Notes: a model not told the origin generated them from the letters alone. Positions 39,486-53,971 are shown, numbered from the stretch's first letter. The stretch: DNA of 64,000 nt from Euprymna scolopes (GCA_053919585.1 CM132793.1); one strand, 5' to 3'. A program made the numbers and translations.

Positions 39486-42400
39486 CACAGTTATATATGA
39501 TTGTTCTACACATCTGGTTATTCTTTTTTCACAGAGAAACAGCAGAGTTTGTTTTTTTTTCCTTCTATGCAATATCAAGCACATAAAACACATGATAGAT
39601 TATATTCAATACTGAAATTACTTATGACACTCATGGCAAAATAGATAAACCCTTTGATTCATTTGAGTGCATCTAAAACCTATTTCTTTCATTTAAGTTG
39701 CTATCAATTATAGGAATAAAGCTTAAAAGTAATATGATCACAAACAGCACATTCTATTCACATACTTTTTAGGAAACAATAAGGCCTTATATAGGTGATA
39801 CTATTATCACAAGTGAATGCCTGTGAGATTTGAAAACACAGTTTAAGTATGCATTAATATTAACAAACCATAGAAGCTAAATTAGATATAAAAAAAAAAT
39901 AAAAAGAATCAAATGATTTTGGTTGATTAATGAGACAGTTTGAAATAATATAGAATTATGGAAATAATTGAAGTTCTAAAAATTTCTGTACCAAATCTTA
40001 TAATGCATTTGTGCAAAAGGTGTCCTTTTTTCTTGCAGATATAAATTCATTAATACACTTTCTTATGATCGTTGGCATCACCACATATAAAAAGTCAGGA
40101 AGAAAAAAATTCGCTGCTTCATAAGAAATCTGCTTTCAATATTTAGCAATTATTTATAACCAGAGTTAGTGTAGCATATGTGATCAGGACATGTAGGGAT
40201 GAGTTTCTTTTCAATTCAGCGTCAATGGGACGGCAGCATAAAGTGGGGGAAGGGTCAAAGAATGAGGCTACATGGACCTTTCAATGACAGCTGGAAAATA
40301 TAGAAGCCATATTTCACAATGTGAATGGCAGTCACCAGCAGTATTATGGAGGGGAGCATTAAAAAAATTATATATCACTGATAACATTTTTTTTTTTTTA
40401 ATTGTTCATTCCACACACATGCACACACTCATTTAGGAGGATCTAATATAAAATAAAATGTTACTAGAATATAAATAAATAAAAAATTCTTTTTCTTAAA
40501 TAGTGAAACTAGTTTGTTTTTTTTTTTCTTTACTAGTATATATGTCATAAATAGACAATAATTTGCTAAATTTTATTTTGCAACAAAATTTTGCCAAGAA
40601 AAAGTGTACGATGTGTGCTATTTTAGAGAAGCACTTTTAGGAGAAAACTTTGTTTTTTTTCTTTTTAAAATCCAAAATAGTTTTATTATTTTCAAAAATT
40701 CTTATAGTGTTACTTTTTTTTTTTTTTCATACCATTGCTCAATCGGTGCCTGCGCAAAGAATGGCGAGAGGAAGGAAAATGCAACATAAAAGAGTGCGGC
40801 TGCTTTGGACTGACAAGAAACAAGGCAGAGATAACGTTCCACCACAACAGTCTAAAACCTACAGATACTACAATTTGGATGTCTGTAAAATATCACAAAT
40901 GCTATTATATGGCGAGTCATATCTATTATATAAGAGTAACACGGCCGACGACACCTTTAACAATGGTTCATCATCAGATTTTTTTTTTAAGATTATTTTT
41001 TGTTTTTGTTTTTTATCAAATTCAAAAATATTAAATATCATTGTATGAAAATTCCAATATTTCCAACCATATACATACCCCATAACTTCTAAAATAAAAA
41101 AAAATTAAAATAAATAAAAATAATCATAAGAAAAAAAATACAAATCCATAATTTGGAGGAGGGGGTGGTAGGTGTAAGCAGTTGTGAAAAAGTATTTTAA
41201 AAATGTTTTCAGTTTATTATGAATGTCTTTATTTCACCAAAACCTGCACACCTACCCCCAAGATAAAATATATGCATGTATCCCATTTTGGTACCATAAT
41301 ATGGACAGTGATATATCACTCCAAAATCAAGGTGGGCTTGCAGTAGCAGTAGTAAACTGGATGGCTTTTTTTTTAGTCTGTATTATAAAGAATGCAGCTG
41401 CAAAAAAGTTATCAATAACACAGTAAAAGCCTCCAACAACAAACATTCATTGCTGTCAGTGGCAGAGATGTTTTTGTTGACCTAGCAAATTAATTAAGAA
41501 TGGAAGGAAAATACATGGGCCACAGAAAAGAGAAATGGAGGGAGAGAAAAGGTAAAGATAAAACAAATAAAAAAAATTAGGCGGACATCAACAAAATAGA
41601 ATTGAAAAGGAAGAGAGATTTTTTTTAAATTCTACTTATTTACAATTGAACACTTGATTTTCTTTAAAAATACTTTTTCTTTTAGCCAAGATATTGTTCA
41701 GATATATCCTAAGTTAGAAGCAGGTATTGCTTTATGGAAAGAAATAGAATGTATTTAAATGTGTGCATGTGTGTAATGTATTCGCGTTAGATGGGTCAGA
41801 GGTCAGACCATTTCTCAACAATTTGATTCATGCATTTGAGACAGGAGGGAATGTTTTTTTTTTCTTTTTGAGAAGAGTTCATCAAAATTAGTATTCTAAA
41901 AACAAACTTAGCAGAAGTGAGAAATTAAAGAGAAATTAGTTTTGAAAGTTATGAAAAGAGCAAATATAAAGAAAAAAATCAAAATAGGATTTAAAAAAAA
42001 AAAAACGTGTACAAGCAATCAAGTAAAATAAACTGGGAAAAAAGTGTTGCTCTTCACTAATTAAAAATGAAAGATTACTTTTTTGGCTTAATTTTAAAAA
42101 AGTATTTTTATTGGTGCAGCAGCCAATGTAATTTTGTATGTTTGAAAGAGTTGATGGACGGAGAAATAGATTGATGTCTGTGATTCCTGCAAATATCTAT
42201 GTGACATGATATTTAGAGGCAAGACTTTGAAATAATAAAATAATAATATTAATAATAATAATAATAATAATAATAGGAAATCCACAATATATTTGTACAT
42301 GGTTTAACAGGGATTGGAGACTATGTTTTTTTTATGGTGCTAGACACGTTTTGTTAGTTTTTCAGTTATAGTAATTTCTCGTAGGAAGAGGAAAAACTTG

Positions 42401-45400
42401 AAACAAATAATGGATATATTACCCTGTGTAAAGGGTCAACTGGCAGGTTTCCAATTTTTCTGTACATTTTAGTGCACAGGTTAACGTAATCAGATATAAA
42501 TTTGTGGCCCAGTGTGAGGGGGACAGTTTATAGTTGCAATTACATGCTGGAGGGATGAAAAGTAGTTTGATGAGCTGTTATCTACATCTATCTGAAATCT
42601 ATATAACAAGTTGTCATAATAAACAGATAAATATACTTAGCTTGCACACAAAACATTTACCGAAACCAATGCTACAATATTTTGGGCAAAACACACAATT
42701 TACATCAAACTGATTATGTGAACAGATTTGATCCTATTCAACTGAGATTCCAAAATGATTTATCACATAAAAAACTACATACAATAACTAAAATGGATAA
42801 ACAAGGTTTTTTCTTGTATACATTTTTTTTTTTAAGTTTTACAACAAACCATATATTTTCAATTCTACTCAATCTGTAATTGTTCACATCAAAGCTTATA
42901 AAGTGTTGAAGAACTTTAAAGGCTTCATGCTTGTTCCTGTTCCCAAAAATTGTAAATCATAATACACACAGCACACTTTTCAAACAAGGGCTGAAAAAGT
43001 GTCCATCAGAAAAGAATTGCAGACTATGATTTACATTTCAGCCACAAAGAAAATTAAATGTACTAATTGTCATTCTATTGCTGGGTCCACTTTATACCAC
43101 AAACTTATATTTAATGACTTGGATCTCTGAACGCAGAGGAATTGAAAATCTCAGCTGATGTTTACAGGTAAAAAAGTAAATAAAACAAAAAAAAAAGATG
43201 AAAAAAAAAGTTTAATAAAAAAAAATATTTAGAATCATAATAGTATATAAAAATATTGATTATGGTAGCAGTCATAATTATTTGTAGTAATAATAAATTA
43301 TGTTTATTTTTTCCTATATATTTATGAGAACAAAAAAAGAGAAGGGGTATATTACAAATGGACTTTATGTGCCAATTGAAGCACATCAGAGCCAGCTTGC
43401 TTTATATAGAAGAGTAGTCAACATACTGTACCACTCATATGCTGTATATGCATGATAAATGACCACTGGCTACCACAGTAGCCATAGTTAATTGCAGCTT
43501 TCATTATTAGTTTATATAGAGAGCCTGCAAATTCAAGGAAAACCATTTGAATAAAGCAGACCAGTAGTATAGAAATGGAAGCCGATCAAACAATTTTAAA
43601 GTATTAATGAGATCAAATCAGATACATTTTTTCTTATCTTTCTTAAAATGATAATGCAACATTGGTTTATAATTTCCTTTGATTTTATAGAAAAGCAAAT
43701 CTTCAAGACTATTTCCCTCTCTTCCACCCACCCCACGTAACATACAGCAATGATGCATATGCAATTATAACAGTTCCATATCAAATATAAATTGTCTTAA
43801 CACGATGAATATCAAGTTAAAACAGATTAGAAATAATGTATTAACAAGATTCTTTCTACATATTTTGTTCATATCTAATATTAAAAAGAAATGAATAGAG
43901 CTTGGAGATATTTAGATAGTTTTATGGAGGCACAAAATGATGGTTACTGTATATTATAATAAAAAAAGTTAGAAAAAGAAAAAGCAAGAAAAAAGTATGA
44001 TATTAACTAAATAATGTATAGGATTTTGGTAAGGATTGTATTATGGTTCTAGATGTTGATTCTATACTTAAAGGATATTTAAAATGTTGATTCTATACTT
44101 AAAGGATATTTAGCAAAGAAAGGAGAATAGCGATACGATTTCAGATATTTATAACTGCACACAGTTTTCATTTCAAAAGAAACTATGCATGCACAAATCA
44201 TTAGACAGTATTCGTAAATTAAGAAAAAAAAGGAAATGCATCATCACTTTTAGACTAAGTTAAATGCTCATTTTTACTCAATTATTAATTGTTTAAAACT
44301 AAAACTAAAACGAGAAAAATAAGCTTCTCTTCAAGTTGCACCAAGATATTCCAGCTTTCACGATATTTTCAAGGCAGTCATATTGAAGCAAGGGGTGTTT
44401 TGTGTTCATTTTGAAAATGGTTTTATTTTTTTATTATTTATTTTTAATATATAGGATTTACATATCATACACGCATACAAAAGAAGAGAGATAGAGAAAA
44501 GTTGTGTATGCACGAGACACACACACATTCTCATCTGCACGAGACACACACATACAGATATCCTCAGACACACAAAGAGATATATGGATAAACGCTAGCT
44601 AGCTCCTTCAACGGCCCCACATTGTCTTGGTCTCACAAAACGATCAGGGAAATTGAAATGGTGCCACATGATCCCATACTTAGCAGTGATCAGGAGTTGC
44701 CCACTAGTCTTGTTTATAAGATCAATATGATTTTAAATTGTGGATGGAAAAAAACTTGAGGCTGGGAGAAAAGATGTGGGAGTAGGCATTGACCGGGGTA
44801 AATGACGTTTGGAGGCAGAAAGAAGGTGACTCGTGAGAGAAGGTAGGAGACGGATAAGCTGTCTTCTAAGATATAGAAACAAGAATCCAAGTATAAGGCT
44901 ACCATTTCCTCACAGCCATGCGTTTGTGAGACAGAGACAAAAGTGAGACAGAGGCCAAGCAGCTCAAAAAGGCCTAAGGTCAGGGTTGCTGCCAGTTAGG
45001 TATGGGACCTCTAGAGTTAAGTTTTCAAACAGATATATGATTCAGCGGAAGGAACAGAAAATAGAAAAAATCAGTTAATTTATTTATAGAGTCTGTGATT
45101 TTAATTCTAATTCAACTTTATGAACCCTTACACTATTTTTTTAGATTATATATTTAAAATTCTTTTTAAAAATATGCTTTCTTTTGTTTTTTTACATAAA
45201 AATTTAAAATTGATTTAAAAAGAAAAATATACACAACGAAATTTTTTTTAGTAAAGTCTCCTTTTTTTCAGTTATGATTTAAGAAATAATAAAAGTGAAA
45301 TTTGTTTAAGATGAGAACAACATGTGCAGAGGCACCTAGAGCCTTGCCGAGTGGTCGCACACACAGGGACGATCAGGTAAGTTGTTTACTATTGAACCAA

Positions 45401-46080
45401 TAGACACAGCTCTATTTGTGCACAATAGAAGATCTAACATGGATTCAGGATTTCTATTTGACATAAGATGTCAGGAAATTTAGACTAAAGAATTTAAATG
45501 ATTTCCTGCCAGAGAGTTCTTCTTTGGAATCTAATTTGCTTTGTTTAGCAATGTTGCTCCCATATCAAGCCTTCATTTCACATTAAAGAGAAGTGAAAAA
45601 AAAATCATCAACTGAAATGAATGATGGTAAAATAATGAGAAAAAGAAAAATGAATTAGGGTGGAGGGCCATATATAACCAAAAAGCCATTGGAAGTATAA
45701 AATAATATTGAAAATAATTTTTTAAAATAAATTAAAAAAATAATAAAATAAAAACAATAACTGGTACCATCAAAGGTAGTTTTTTAAAATGTTTTTGTTG
45801 TTTTTTTCTTTTCGTTTTTTGTTTTTTAAAGAGAAGGTAGGGTCTAGGTCCATGGTGGTTGGCCGGATGAGAAGTTGTCCTGTCAGTATTGGCACTACCA
45901 ATGGTTGAATGACAATGTAGCAGAGTCCAACATGCCAAAATCTGACAATGGCGATTGTAGTGCTGCTGATGTCAATGAGAACAACACTGTCCATTGAAGA
46001 AATAGTAGTAGTAGTAGTAGTAGGAGTGAAGTGTAGTTATGGTAGTTACAGTAGTAATAGTCGGCTGCTGCTGATGCCAC

Positions 46081-46217
46081 TCAACTGCCCAAAGCTGGAG
46101 CAGCAGGGACAGGCAGTATGACAGGGATGTGATAGTACTTGCACAGTTGACGGCGGCATTTTCCTTTGACTGAATCACGGCACACAGTCACCTTGCCATC
46201 CGTCACTTCAACATACT
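46081..46217 (-). CDS. mbl: Muscleblind last coding exon, CCCH zinc finger (E)YVEVTDGKVTVCRDSVKGKCRRQLCKYYHIPVILPVPAAPALGS*
   Basis: Acceptor TTATTTTTTTCAG, phase 1, matching the upstream exon. C-x7-C-x4-C-x3-H with the muscleblind VTVCRD leader. TGA at 46081-46083. Confidence 0.92.
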
Positions 46218-46747
46218 CTGAAAAAAATAAATAAATCATAGAAATTTAAAGCAAAAAACAAGATAATTCGCCCTAATTTATTTCTATTTGTATCAAAGGT
46301 TAAAAACTCAAAACAAGAGTAAATAAAAAAAAATGCTAATGTTTTTAGGATCTTTTGACAAGAGTCGGATCATTTAACGTTGCACAGAAATCAAAATTAT
46401 CTCACAAACACTTCAAGTATGTAATTTGCCGAGTTAATCAATTAAAATTATGAGAACTTCATGCATAATTCTTGTGTCCCTATTTACTTAGCTGCTTACA
46501 AGGACAGAGTTAGATATATGATCAGTTTATAAGGTGGGGAAAATCCATCTCGCCAAAAAGTGAACTCTGGATTATGACAAAAATAAAAATTGTTTTAGTT
46601 TGGAAAGATTTCTCCTTCACTGATCAATGGCAAAAAAGATGAAGTATCGAATCAAAAGCTCCTGAAAAAATGTCCAAGGAAGAGCCATGTGTACTTCTTG
46701 TATAAACATAAAATTGATAATCAAATATTTATTGAAAAAAAAATGTA

Positions 46748-47430
46748 ATTTTTTTTTTTTTTTTTTTTTACATAGGCGTCACCACTTATCAAAGCCGATC
46801 GGCCATTCAAGGATAACGGTTAAAGAGTGTAGAGTAGTCAAAAGGACAATATAGTAATCAATAATAATGGAAGTTCGGTAAATTTGTTAACTTAAGTGGA
46901 ACGGCTCATCAGAAACTTGTTCACGTTGGACTTGAAGACAACCATATTATAGACAGCTGGAAAGCAGGAAAACGGAAGACAATTCCACAGGCGTGCAGTT
47001 CAAAGAAAGAAGCTTTGATCATGGAATCTATGTTTAGGTTTAGGCACAGATAAAGAGTGGGGGGAATTATTGATAGTGTTTTCAGCTAGTCTAGTGTTTC
47101 TTGTGAAAGTTTGGCGAGGGGGGACCATAGATTGAAGCTCAGTTGAACACTTTCCATGAAAATAACGATAAAGCAGAGACAAACTCGCAACATCTCTTCT
47201 GTGAGATAGAGGTTGCAGCAAAGAGAAAAGGACATCTCCCACCAGGCCACGAAGTCTATTTTGAACCCTATCAATGCAGGACAAGTCATTTCTAGCAGCT
47301 CCTGCCCATATGTGGCAACAGTATTCCATCCTTGGACGTATCTGGCTCTTATATAGATAGAGAATTGCATCAGCAGTGAGATATCTACTGGATCGATAGA
47401 AGGATCCGACCATTTTTCCAGCGGCCTGGC
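46748..47430 (-). mobile_element. 5'-truncated CR1/Jockey-group LINE in the intron between the two zinc-finger exons
   Basis: LYLYKSQIRPRMEYCCHIW..LQPLSHRRDVASLSLLYRYFHGKCS, with 3' UTR and poly-A (T-run 46748-46769 on +). Same family as 11605-12082. Confidence 0.88.
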
Positions 47431-47917
47431 ATAAAATAAAAACTTAAATCCCTCAGAATGCATTTCTGTTTTTTTAATTTAATTTAAATAAAGGAAGGGG
47501 GTGTTCATAGTTTATAAAAAATGAAAAAGCAAAACATAACTGAAATAAAAATAATACTAGCAGGTAAGTAGTACTAGTTAGTGGACATGTGTTATTTATA
47601 TTTTTGTCTCTCCAAATTACACAAATACCATTTTAAACATTTTAAAGCAAAGTTGATAGGTTAGTAATCATCAAATGTCTGAATAATAACATAAAATAGA
47701 AATATTCATTGGAAATTCTCATGCAATATGTAATAGAGAATAAGTAAGAACAAAGAATGTTAATTACAAAGTTTATTCTCAAGTAATTTTCATTTGAAAA
47801 TGCCTCATAAAAATTGCAATGCATGTAGTTATCATAGAACATATGATGGAATGCAAGCCCCCCCCCCATATCCTCTCTCAAATACAGTTTAAAAAAAAAA
47901 AAAAAAAAAACACTTAC

Positions 47918-48002
47918 CCTCCAACAAATGCACAAACTTGCATTGTGGCCTGTTACATTGGCTAGACTTAAAATCGCGGCACACTCGGAGGGTGTCCAGC
48001 AA
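47918..48002 (-). CDS. mbl: Muscleblind exon, CCCH zinc finger LLDTLRVCRDFKSSQCNRPQCKFVHLLE
   Basis: 85 nt. Polypyrimidine tract plus AAG acceptor, GTAAGT donor, phase 0 to 1. Joins 46217 in frame to form a tandem CCCH pair like the second pair of protostome Mbl. Confidence 0.92.
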
Positions 48003-49652
48003 CTTAAAAAGAAAAAGAAAAAATAATATTAAAATGATATATCATTGAAAAAGCAAGAACATTCACAAACTCAGTTCACCTTGCTTTAATAGTAAATAAT
48101 AAAATTTATTAAAATTACATATAAATTCAAATGTGTGGTACATAAGAATACATATGAACTGCTTCAATTTTAGGTCACATTAATTAAAAGTTTTAGAATT
48201 TGAAGCTAGAAAAATAAATATCAATTTAATTTCTATTTTTAAAACAAAAATAAAACCTGGTAAAAAACAAATAAGATCTTTGAAATAATATTTGCATTGT
48301 ATGTTTAATCACTGATTCATGTGTATCCAAGAATACTAAAGGATGCCAAAGTAGATGATAAAAATGAAGAGACTAATCTAGAATCTGTTGAATAAAGCGT
48401 CCACATGGAATCATGGCAGCATTGGTTACAATCAGTTCTTAATGATAATCATCTGGGGGTTGAATCCTTACTACAGGTGATAATAACTAAGAATAATATA
48501 AAAGTTGCCCAGATAAGGAGAGATATACCTCTGATTTGTATAGCAAACAGAAAGACTAATTTTGAATTTTGTCTTTATTTTTTCTAGTTTTTTTTTTTTT
48601 TTGACTGCTTACTCAAACTCATTTTTTTCTGATTAAACAATGTGGCCCAATAGGTCATGCTTTTTCTAGTATAAATACAAGCATTAATCTTCTTAAGAAA
48701 AAAGTTGACTACTTAATTTTTTTATTATTATTATTCTTAGAAAATGAATGTGGAATAGAAAAGACATAAACAAAACAAAATTGCCCAAGAAAGAATTTTA
48801 ACCAATTTTTTTTCCAAAACTAAAATTAACCTAACAAATAGCAGCTCTGAAATTGAAGAATTGATTATGTAAAAAAAAAATCAAAATTCTTTTCAAACAT
48901 GCAACAATCTGCTTATTATGCATATGCAAAAACAAAAAAAAGTTTGTTAAGTTGTTTAGACATGCTTCTCTATGTAAACATGAAATCCTTCACAAAATGA
49001 AGAGAGCAAAATCAATACAAAGCAAACGCATGGAAAAGTGGTAAAAAATTTTGAATTTTGATAGGCAAGATTCCATCAAATGACATTCTGCAAGAATTTT
49101 TATTCATTCAAACTTAAATGATATAAACACAAAATGAAATAAATATTCACAAACTTCTTTCGAGTCTACAAAATTAAGATTGCTTGAGTGAAATGAGGTT
49201 TTTCTTTAACCAGGAGTTCTCAATACAAAGCACGATTCTAAACACTGGTCTTTTTTCAAAATCGAGTACGGGTTCATTCTTTTACTTTTTACCATTCAAG
49301 ATTTCTGGAGAGAAATGAACGGAAGTCATTGTAAAGATTAAAAAGAAGGGTGTTTTATAGAAGACCAAAAATAACGAGATCATTTACAAATCAAATAAAC
49401 TAATCTAAAAACTAAAAACATAACTTAAAGATCCACATAGAAGACAAAAAAGATAAACATAAGAAATTGTTGCACACTTTATGGAACAAAGAAAGAAGTA
49501 TAAAACTAAAAATGATTGGAACTGGAAAGAATATTGGAAAAAAAATCAAAGTCTGTTTTAAGATTTGGATGCAACTACGAGGAACATAAAGCAAAATGTT
49601 GTAAACGATATGAACAGCAGGATTAATAAGACTGGAGATAGCACTCTACTAC

Positions 49653-49792
49653 CTGGTTGTTCTCATCAGAGTAATTAACACTAGCAGCATTAGTGGAAAG
49701 CGAGGAGGTGGTGGTGCTGGCAGTGGTGATGGTGGTGTTGTTGTTGGCATTGGCCATCAATGTAGGTTGGTTGGGATTGACGATCATCGGCA
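49653..49792 (-). CDS. mbl: Muscleblind linker exon xPMIVNPNQPTLMANANNNTTITTASTTTSSLSTNAASVNYSDENNQ (alternative internal acceptor at 49680)
   Basis: Acceptor CAACAG is the first AG after a 223-nt AG-free zone. Donor CAG|GTAGTA is phase 0 and joins LLDTL in frame. The acceptor choice is inferred. Confidence 0.7.
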
Positions 49793-49794
49793 CT

Positions 49795-50017
49795 GTTGGG
49801 TTTTTCATGGCAGTCAAAGAGGAAGAAGGGTCAGCGGTAGAGGTAGTAGTAGTAGGAGGTGACAGCAGCAGCAGCAGCAGCAGCAGCAGCCCGAAGTAAC
49901 AGCAGCAGGCGGTAACAGTGGTTTTTAAGTGCAGATGAAGCACAGGTTGCATGCAGAGTGGTACAATTTGTGCACAGGAGTGGGTCAAGGCATGAAAGAA
50001 GAGATGAATAGCAAATC
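49795..50017 (-). promoter_or_regulatory. AG-exclusion zone with YGCY cluster including (CTG)9; putative MBNL-binding splicing element
   Basis: No AG on the minus strand for 223 nt. About 16 YGCY motifs by hand count. Pyrimidine tract and CTTGAC branch-like motif near 49985-50010. Confidence 0.6.
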
Positions 50018-51399
50018 CTCATTTGTTTATTGCGATAAGCAAACATCCTGATTCTTTTTGGGATGAGGAGGGATATTGTTTTAATTCTGACCATTGTCTT
50101 CATCAATGTCGTAAAAGCGTTGATATCAATGTTGATGAAAACAATAATTGGAAGAAAAACAAAATCAAAAGAAAAAAAAAAAAATAATGTAAATAATCCA
50201 GATTCTTATAAAGCAACTCTGTAAAAATCTGCAATGATCTTTTTTTTGGCTGCTGCTGATTGATTTTGTACAAATCATAAATTTTTTTAAGTTTCTTTCA
50301 AGACAAAGTAGATTTTCGTTTTTAACACAAATTTTTTTTTTTTTTTCAAAATGGATTCAGTAACAAACAACCATCAATCGTATCAATTTCTCGCTAAAAA
50401 TAACTGCAATTTAAGTTTTCTAATTTGTTTAATTACTTTTGGAAAGAATGCTTATTTATTCCATCATGCATATTATTACTACTTCAAAAAGTATTAAAAA
50501 CTAAAGATTTTAAATTACTTAAATGAGGAGTGAGAGGATGTTTGTAAAATAACAAAAGAAAATAAAAATTCTTAAAGTTTTTGGAATTCAGAAACAACTA
50601 AGCAAGCCAAATAATGGTTTTTCTTTTAAATATTAAACTCAACATATAATTAGAAAAATATTTATCTGAATAATTAGAGAAAATGAATACAGTCATTAAT
50701 AAACAGCCGTCGATCATATCAATTTCTAGCTAAAAATATTGCATCATAAGTATTTAGTTGCTCGAATGGATGTAGAAAGAGATTTTAATCCCAAAAGTTG
50801 AATGGATTTTGTTATGGCAATTAAAAAGGCAAAGCAAAAATGGTAAAAAAGCTTATCAGAAAAAAAAACATTTATCAGTCAATAAAGCAATGGAAGCAAT
50901 TAAACCTTGTAAGATCTTAAAAAAGACATGTAATTATTACTTTCACTATGTCTTTGACCTCAACATCCCAAGGTTATAGTGTGAATGTAAAATTATCAAT
51001 GATATAAAAATTAAGGTACAGCTTCTTTTCAAATAATAAAGCCATAAAGATTAGCAGGATGTTGAAGCAACTAAAAAGTTGGTTACAATATTTCTGGAAT
51101 CATTTAAGCAACTTTCCAAATGCTAATAAAGCAATAGAAAGGTAAGGAAAAATAGGTGGGAAAAAAGCCAGTTTTTGATAATTGCTTTCCAGAAAGTTTT
51201 AAGTTTCCTTCAATGGAAACATTGTAGTTAAAACTAAGAAAAAACTGACCTCAATGTCAAAGAGAAACGTAAACCAAATAAGAACATAAGTCGCAAGACT
51301 GCATACCTCTGCTTGACAATATAAGAATGAGCCAAAGTTGTATTTGGGTCTTCTCCATATTGCATGAGATATTCTGACGATGAAAATGTTGATAATTAA

Positions 51400-51765
51400 A
51401 AAATATTTATCTGCCTAGGTTGAAATTTTGCATGACGGTTACTGTTATTAAAGAGCATCTGATCCACACATCAAATTTGGAAAAATCACAAATAGTAATC
51501 CTTTCAAAACTTTGACCTCAACTGAAATTTCATGGTTATAGTTACAGACTTCATTGGATACAATATGGGTCAAGTAGTGAGTCACTATGATGAACAGCCT
51601 CAAAACTGATTTTCATCTTGTCTTTGACATCTCCAAATTTAATCAGTTCTAAATTAGAAAATAACAGATATTTTGACCAAATTTGGTGAAAACAAGTCCA
51701 GCATTATGAATCATACACTGTGCACAAAAAGACACAATCTAAAACTTCACCTTGGCAGAGGGAAG
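51400..51765. mobile_element. Possible decayed Helentron-associated (HINE-like) element
   Basis: Ends AAAACTTCACCTTGGCAGAGG, resembling HINE termini, with internal CCAAATTT/TTGACC motifs. Weak. Confidence 0.3.
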
Positions 51766-53785
51766 CATATGACACAAGAGTAAAATGAAACAGTATAACA
51801 GCATTTATTGTAGTCTTTTGTTATAAATTTCAATAAATAAAATCATATCAGATTTATTATTTCAACATGTTCTATCATTTTTAAAGATAGTTAATTAATG
51901 GTTACTTTTTTGTTCTTGAAATGAATATCATTTAATAGATTTAATTTGTAGACATAATAGTTAAACAATTGTGAGGAGAACAATTTAACAAATTTTACAG
52001 TGTTGAGAATGTGACATTTTCGGATTAAATCTGAAAGAAAGAAACAGCTTCGAATAGAATGACGTATATGTTGGCTAAAATTGAAATTAGAAAAAGGATT
52101 TGTTTAAATGCAGCGATTGTGACATGCTATTAAATGAAGTGTTTATCCATTCAACAAAATGTATTAGAAACTTAAAAATAAAAATAAACAATAACCAAAG
52201 AATTAAGCTTTCAAATGAGTTCAATGAAATAAAATGGCTGGGTTCAGGTTAATTTTCACTTCTTGGGCATAGCATACATATAAAATATTTTTTCAAGTTT
52301 ACAGAACAGTTGTAAGAAAATGTAAAGTACACAATCCTTGAAATTAATCATGAATTACCGATATAAAAGCAGTTGTACTTTTCTAAATATAAAAGAAAGT
52401 TTAATACAATCTGAATGTGAACGCATCTACAATCGCTAAAAACGGGTCTACTTTTTCAAGCTACAAATCGGGGGAGGGGGGGGCATCATATTTTTGCCCA
52501 TTGGATACATGTATGGTATTATAAAATGCCACACACTTTAAAATAAATTCAGCTTTATAAAGTAATAAAACAAAATCTTTAATGTCCACAGCATGGTTGC
52601 AATTATTTAGAAAATAATAATAAAAAAACATATTCTTCATATTGGAATACATACAATTTGACGATTAATTCCTAAATTTGTAAAATCAACATTATTAATT
52701 TGAAACTATCACATTGGCATCAAATGTTTTTCTCAAAATGTGACAAAAATCATTCTTTGAAATGAAATGTCTTTCGGTTACAGCAAAACTTACAAAAATT
52801 GAGTCATATTCCTATTTCTTTGCATCCCAAATTAAAAAACAAAAAGAATTGATTTATATCTTTATGGCTGATTGTAATTCTAAGATAGTTACATGAAATC
52901 AAGACAGGAGAAATAATATAAACGAGATTTCAATTAAAAAGTTAGCGATAGAAAAGATGTATAAATGATTTTCATTTATGAATTCCTTGTTGATATGGCA
53001 CAAAGTTCAATCTTGCCAAAAACGTAAGTGAACATCGAGCAATACTATTGACATGCAAATGTGTGATTATAGACATGGATGGGAAGACACATCGAAAAGC
53101 AGGCAAAGACGCTGACTAGTTTTCCCCTTGCAATAAAAGTAAATCGCCATTAAGCAGGAGATTAAAACTAAATATTTCTATAAGAAATGGTTAAATCATA
53201 GCAAAATGCATTCTCGATTAAAATAAGAATAATGCAAAGTGAAAGGCATTTTAAAAATGAGTATTTTTAAACAAATCATTTCAGCTTTGAAAGTGAAAGA
53301 TATACGTATTGGTTTTAAAGTTCGAGCAAGGAAATTAAAGTACTCCAATTGAGGCAAACACACTGTCTGCTATTTTCAAAACAGTATTACAAAATTGAAA
53401 AATGCAAATATGTCTTTGCCAATCAAGTAAAAAAGAGAATGTTTGATTTGCAAGTTAAACGGACACAGTAACAATCACATACTTTATCAATTTGGTGATA
53501 AATAAAAAGAGAACACTTGATTGCTCAATTCCCATAAAATAAGACTTTTATTTCAGAAGTATTCATTTTTATTTGAATTTTTAAAAATATATACCTAAAA
53601 AAAGTATTTGAATAGCAAGACAATCAAGTTGAGTTGCTGTAAATAATGGCTATTTGTTATTTTCATTTTTAATATGGAAACAATTAGCTGATTATAAAGA
53701 GAGAGTTGTGAAATAGATTGCAAAAGTGGTGCAAACAAAGGAGCGGTTATGATAGCAGCATTGGAAGGTGCGCCACACCACTTAC

Positions 53786-53817
53786 AGAGCAGCGAGATAC
53801 AGACGATAGCGCCAGCG
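53786..53817 (-). CDS. mbl: Candidate 32-nt muscleblind microexon (S)AGAIVCISLL
   Basis: TTGCATTGCAG acceptor, GTAAGT donor, phase 2 to 1. It restores the frame of the 118-nt exon and is preceded by YGCY-rich sequence. Confidence 0.55.
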
Positions 53818-53971
53818 CTGCAATGCAACACAAGCGGCAGGGAAGCAGCAGCAGACGATGACGATGGGCAAAGTCGTGCAAGTTGTTGCACAAGTTCTAT
53901 CGAATAGATTTAATCTGACAAACTGGTAGATTTTTAAACAAAACTTTGCAAAGACTGCTAACATAAAGCAA

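Noticed and set aside
44580-45420. GC-richer segment with a plus-strand CAG|GTAAGT donor near 45376
   Set aside because: No partner acceptor or ORF and no recognisable homology.
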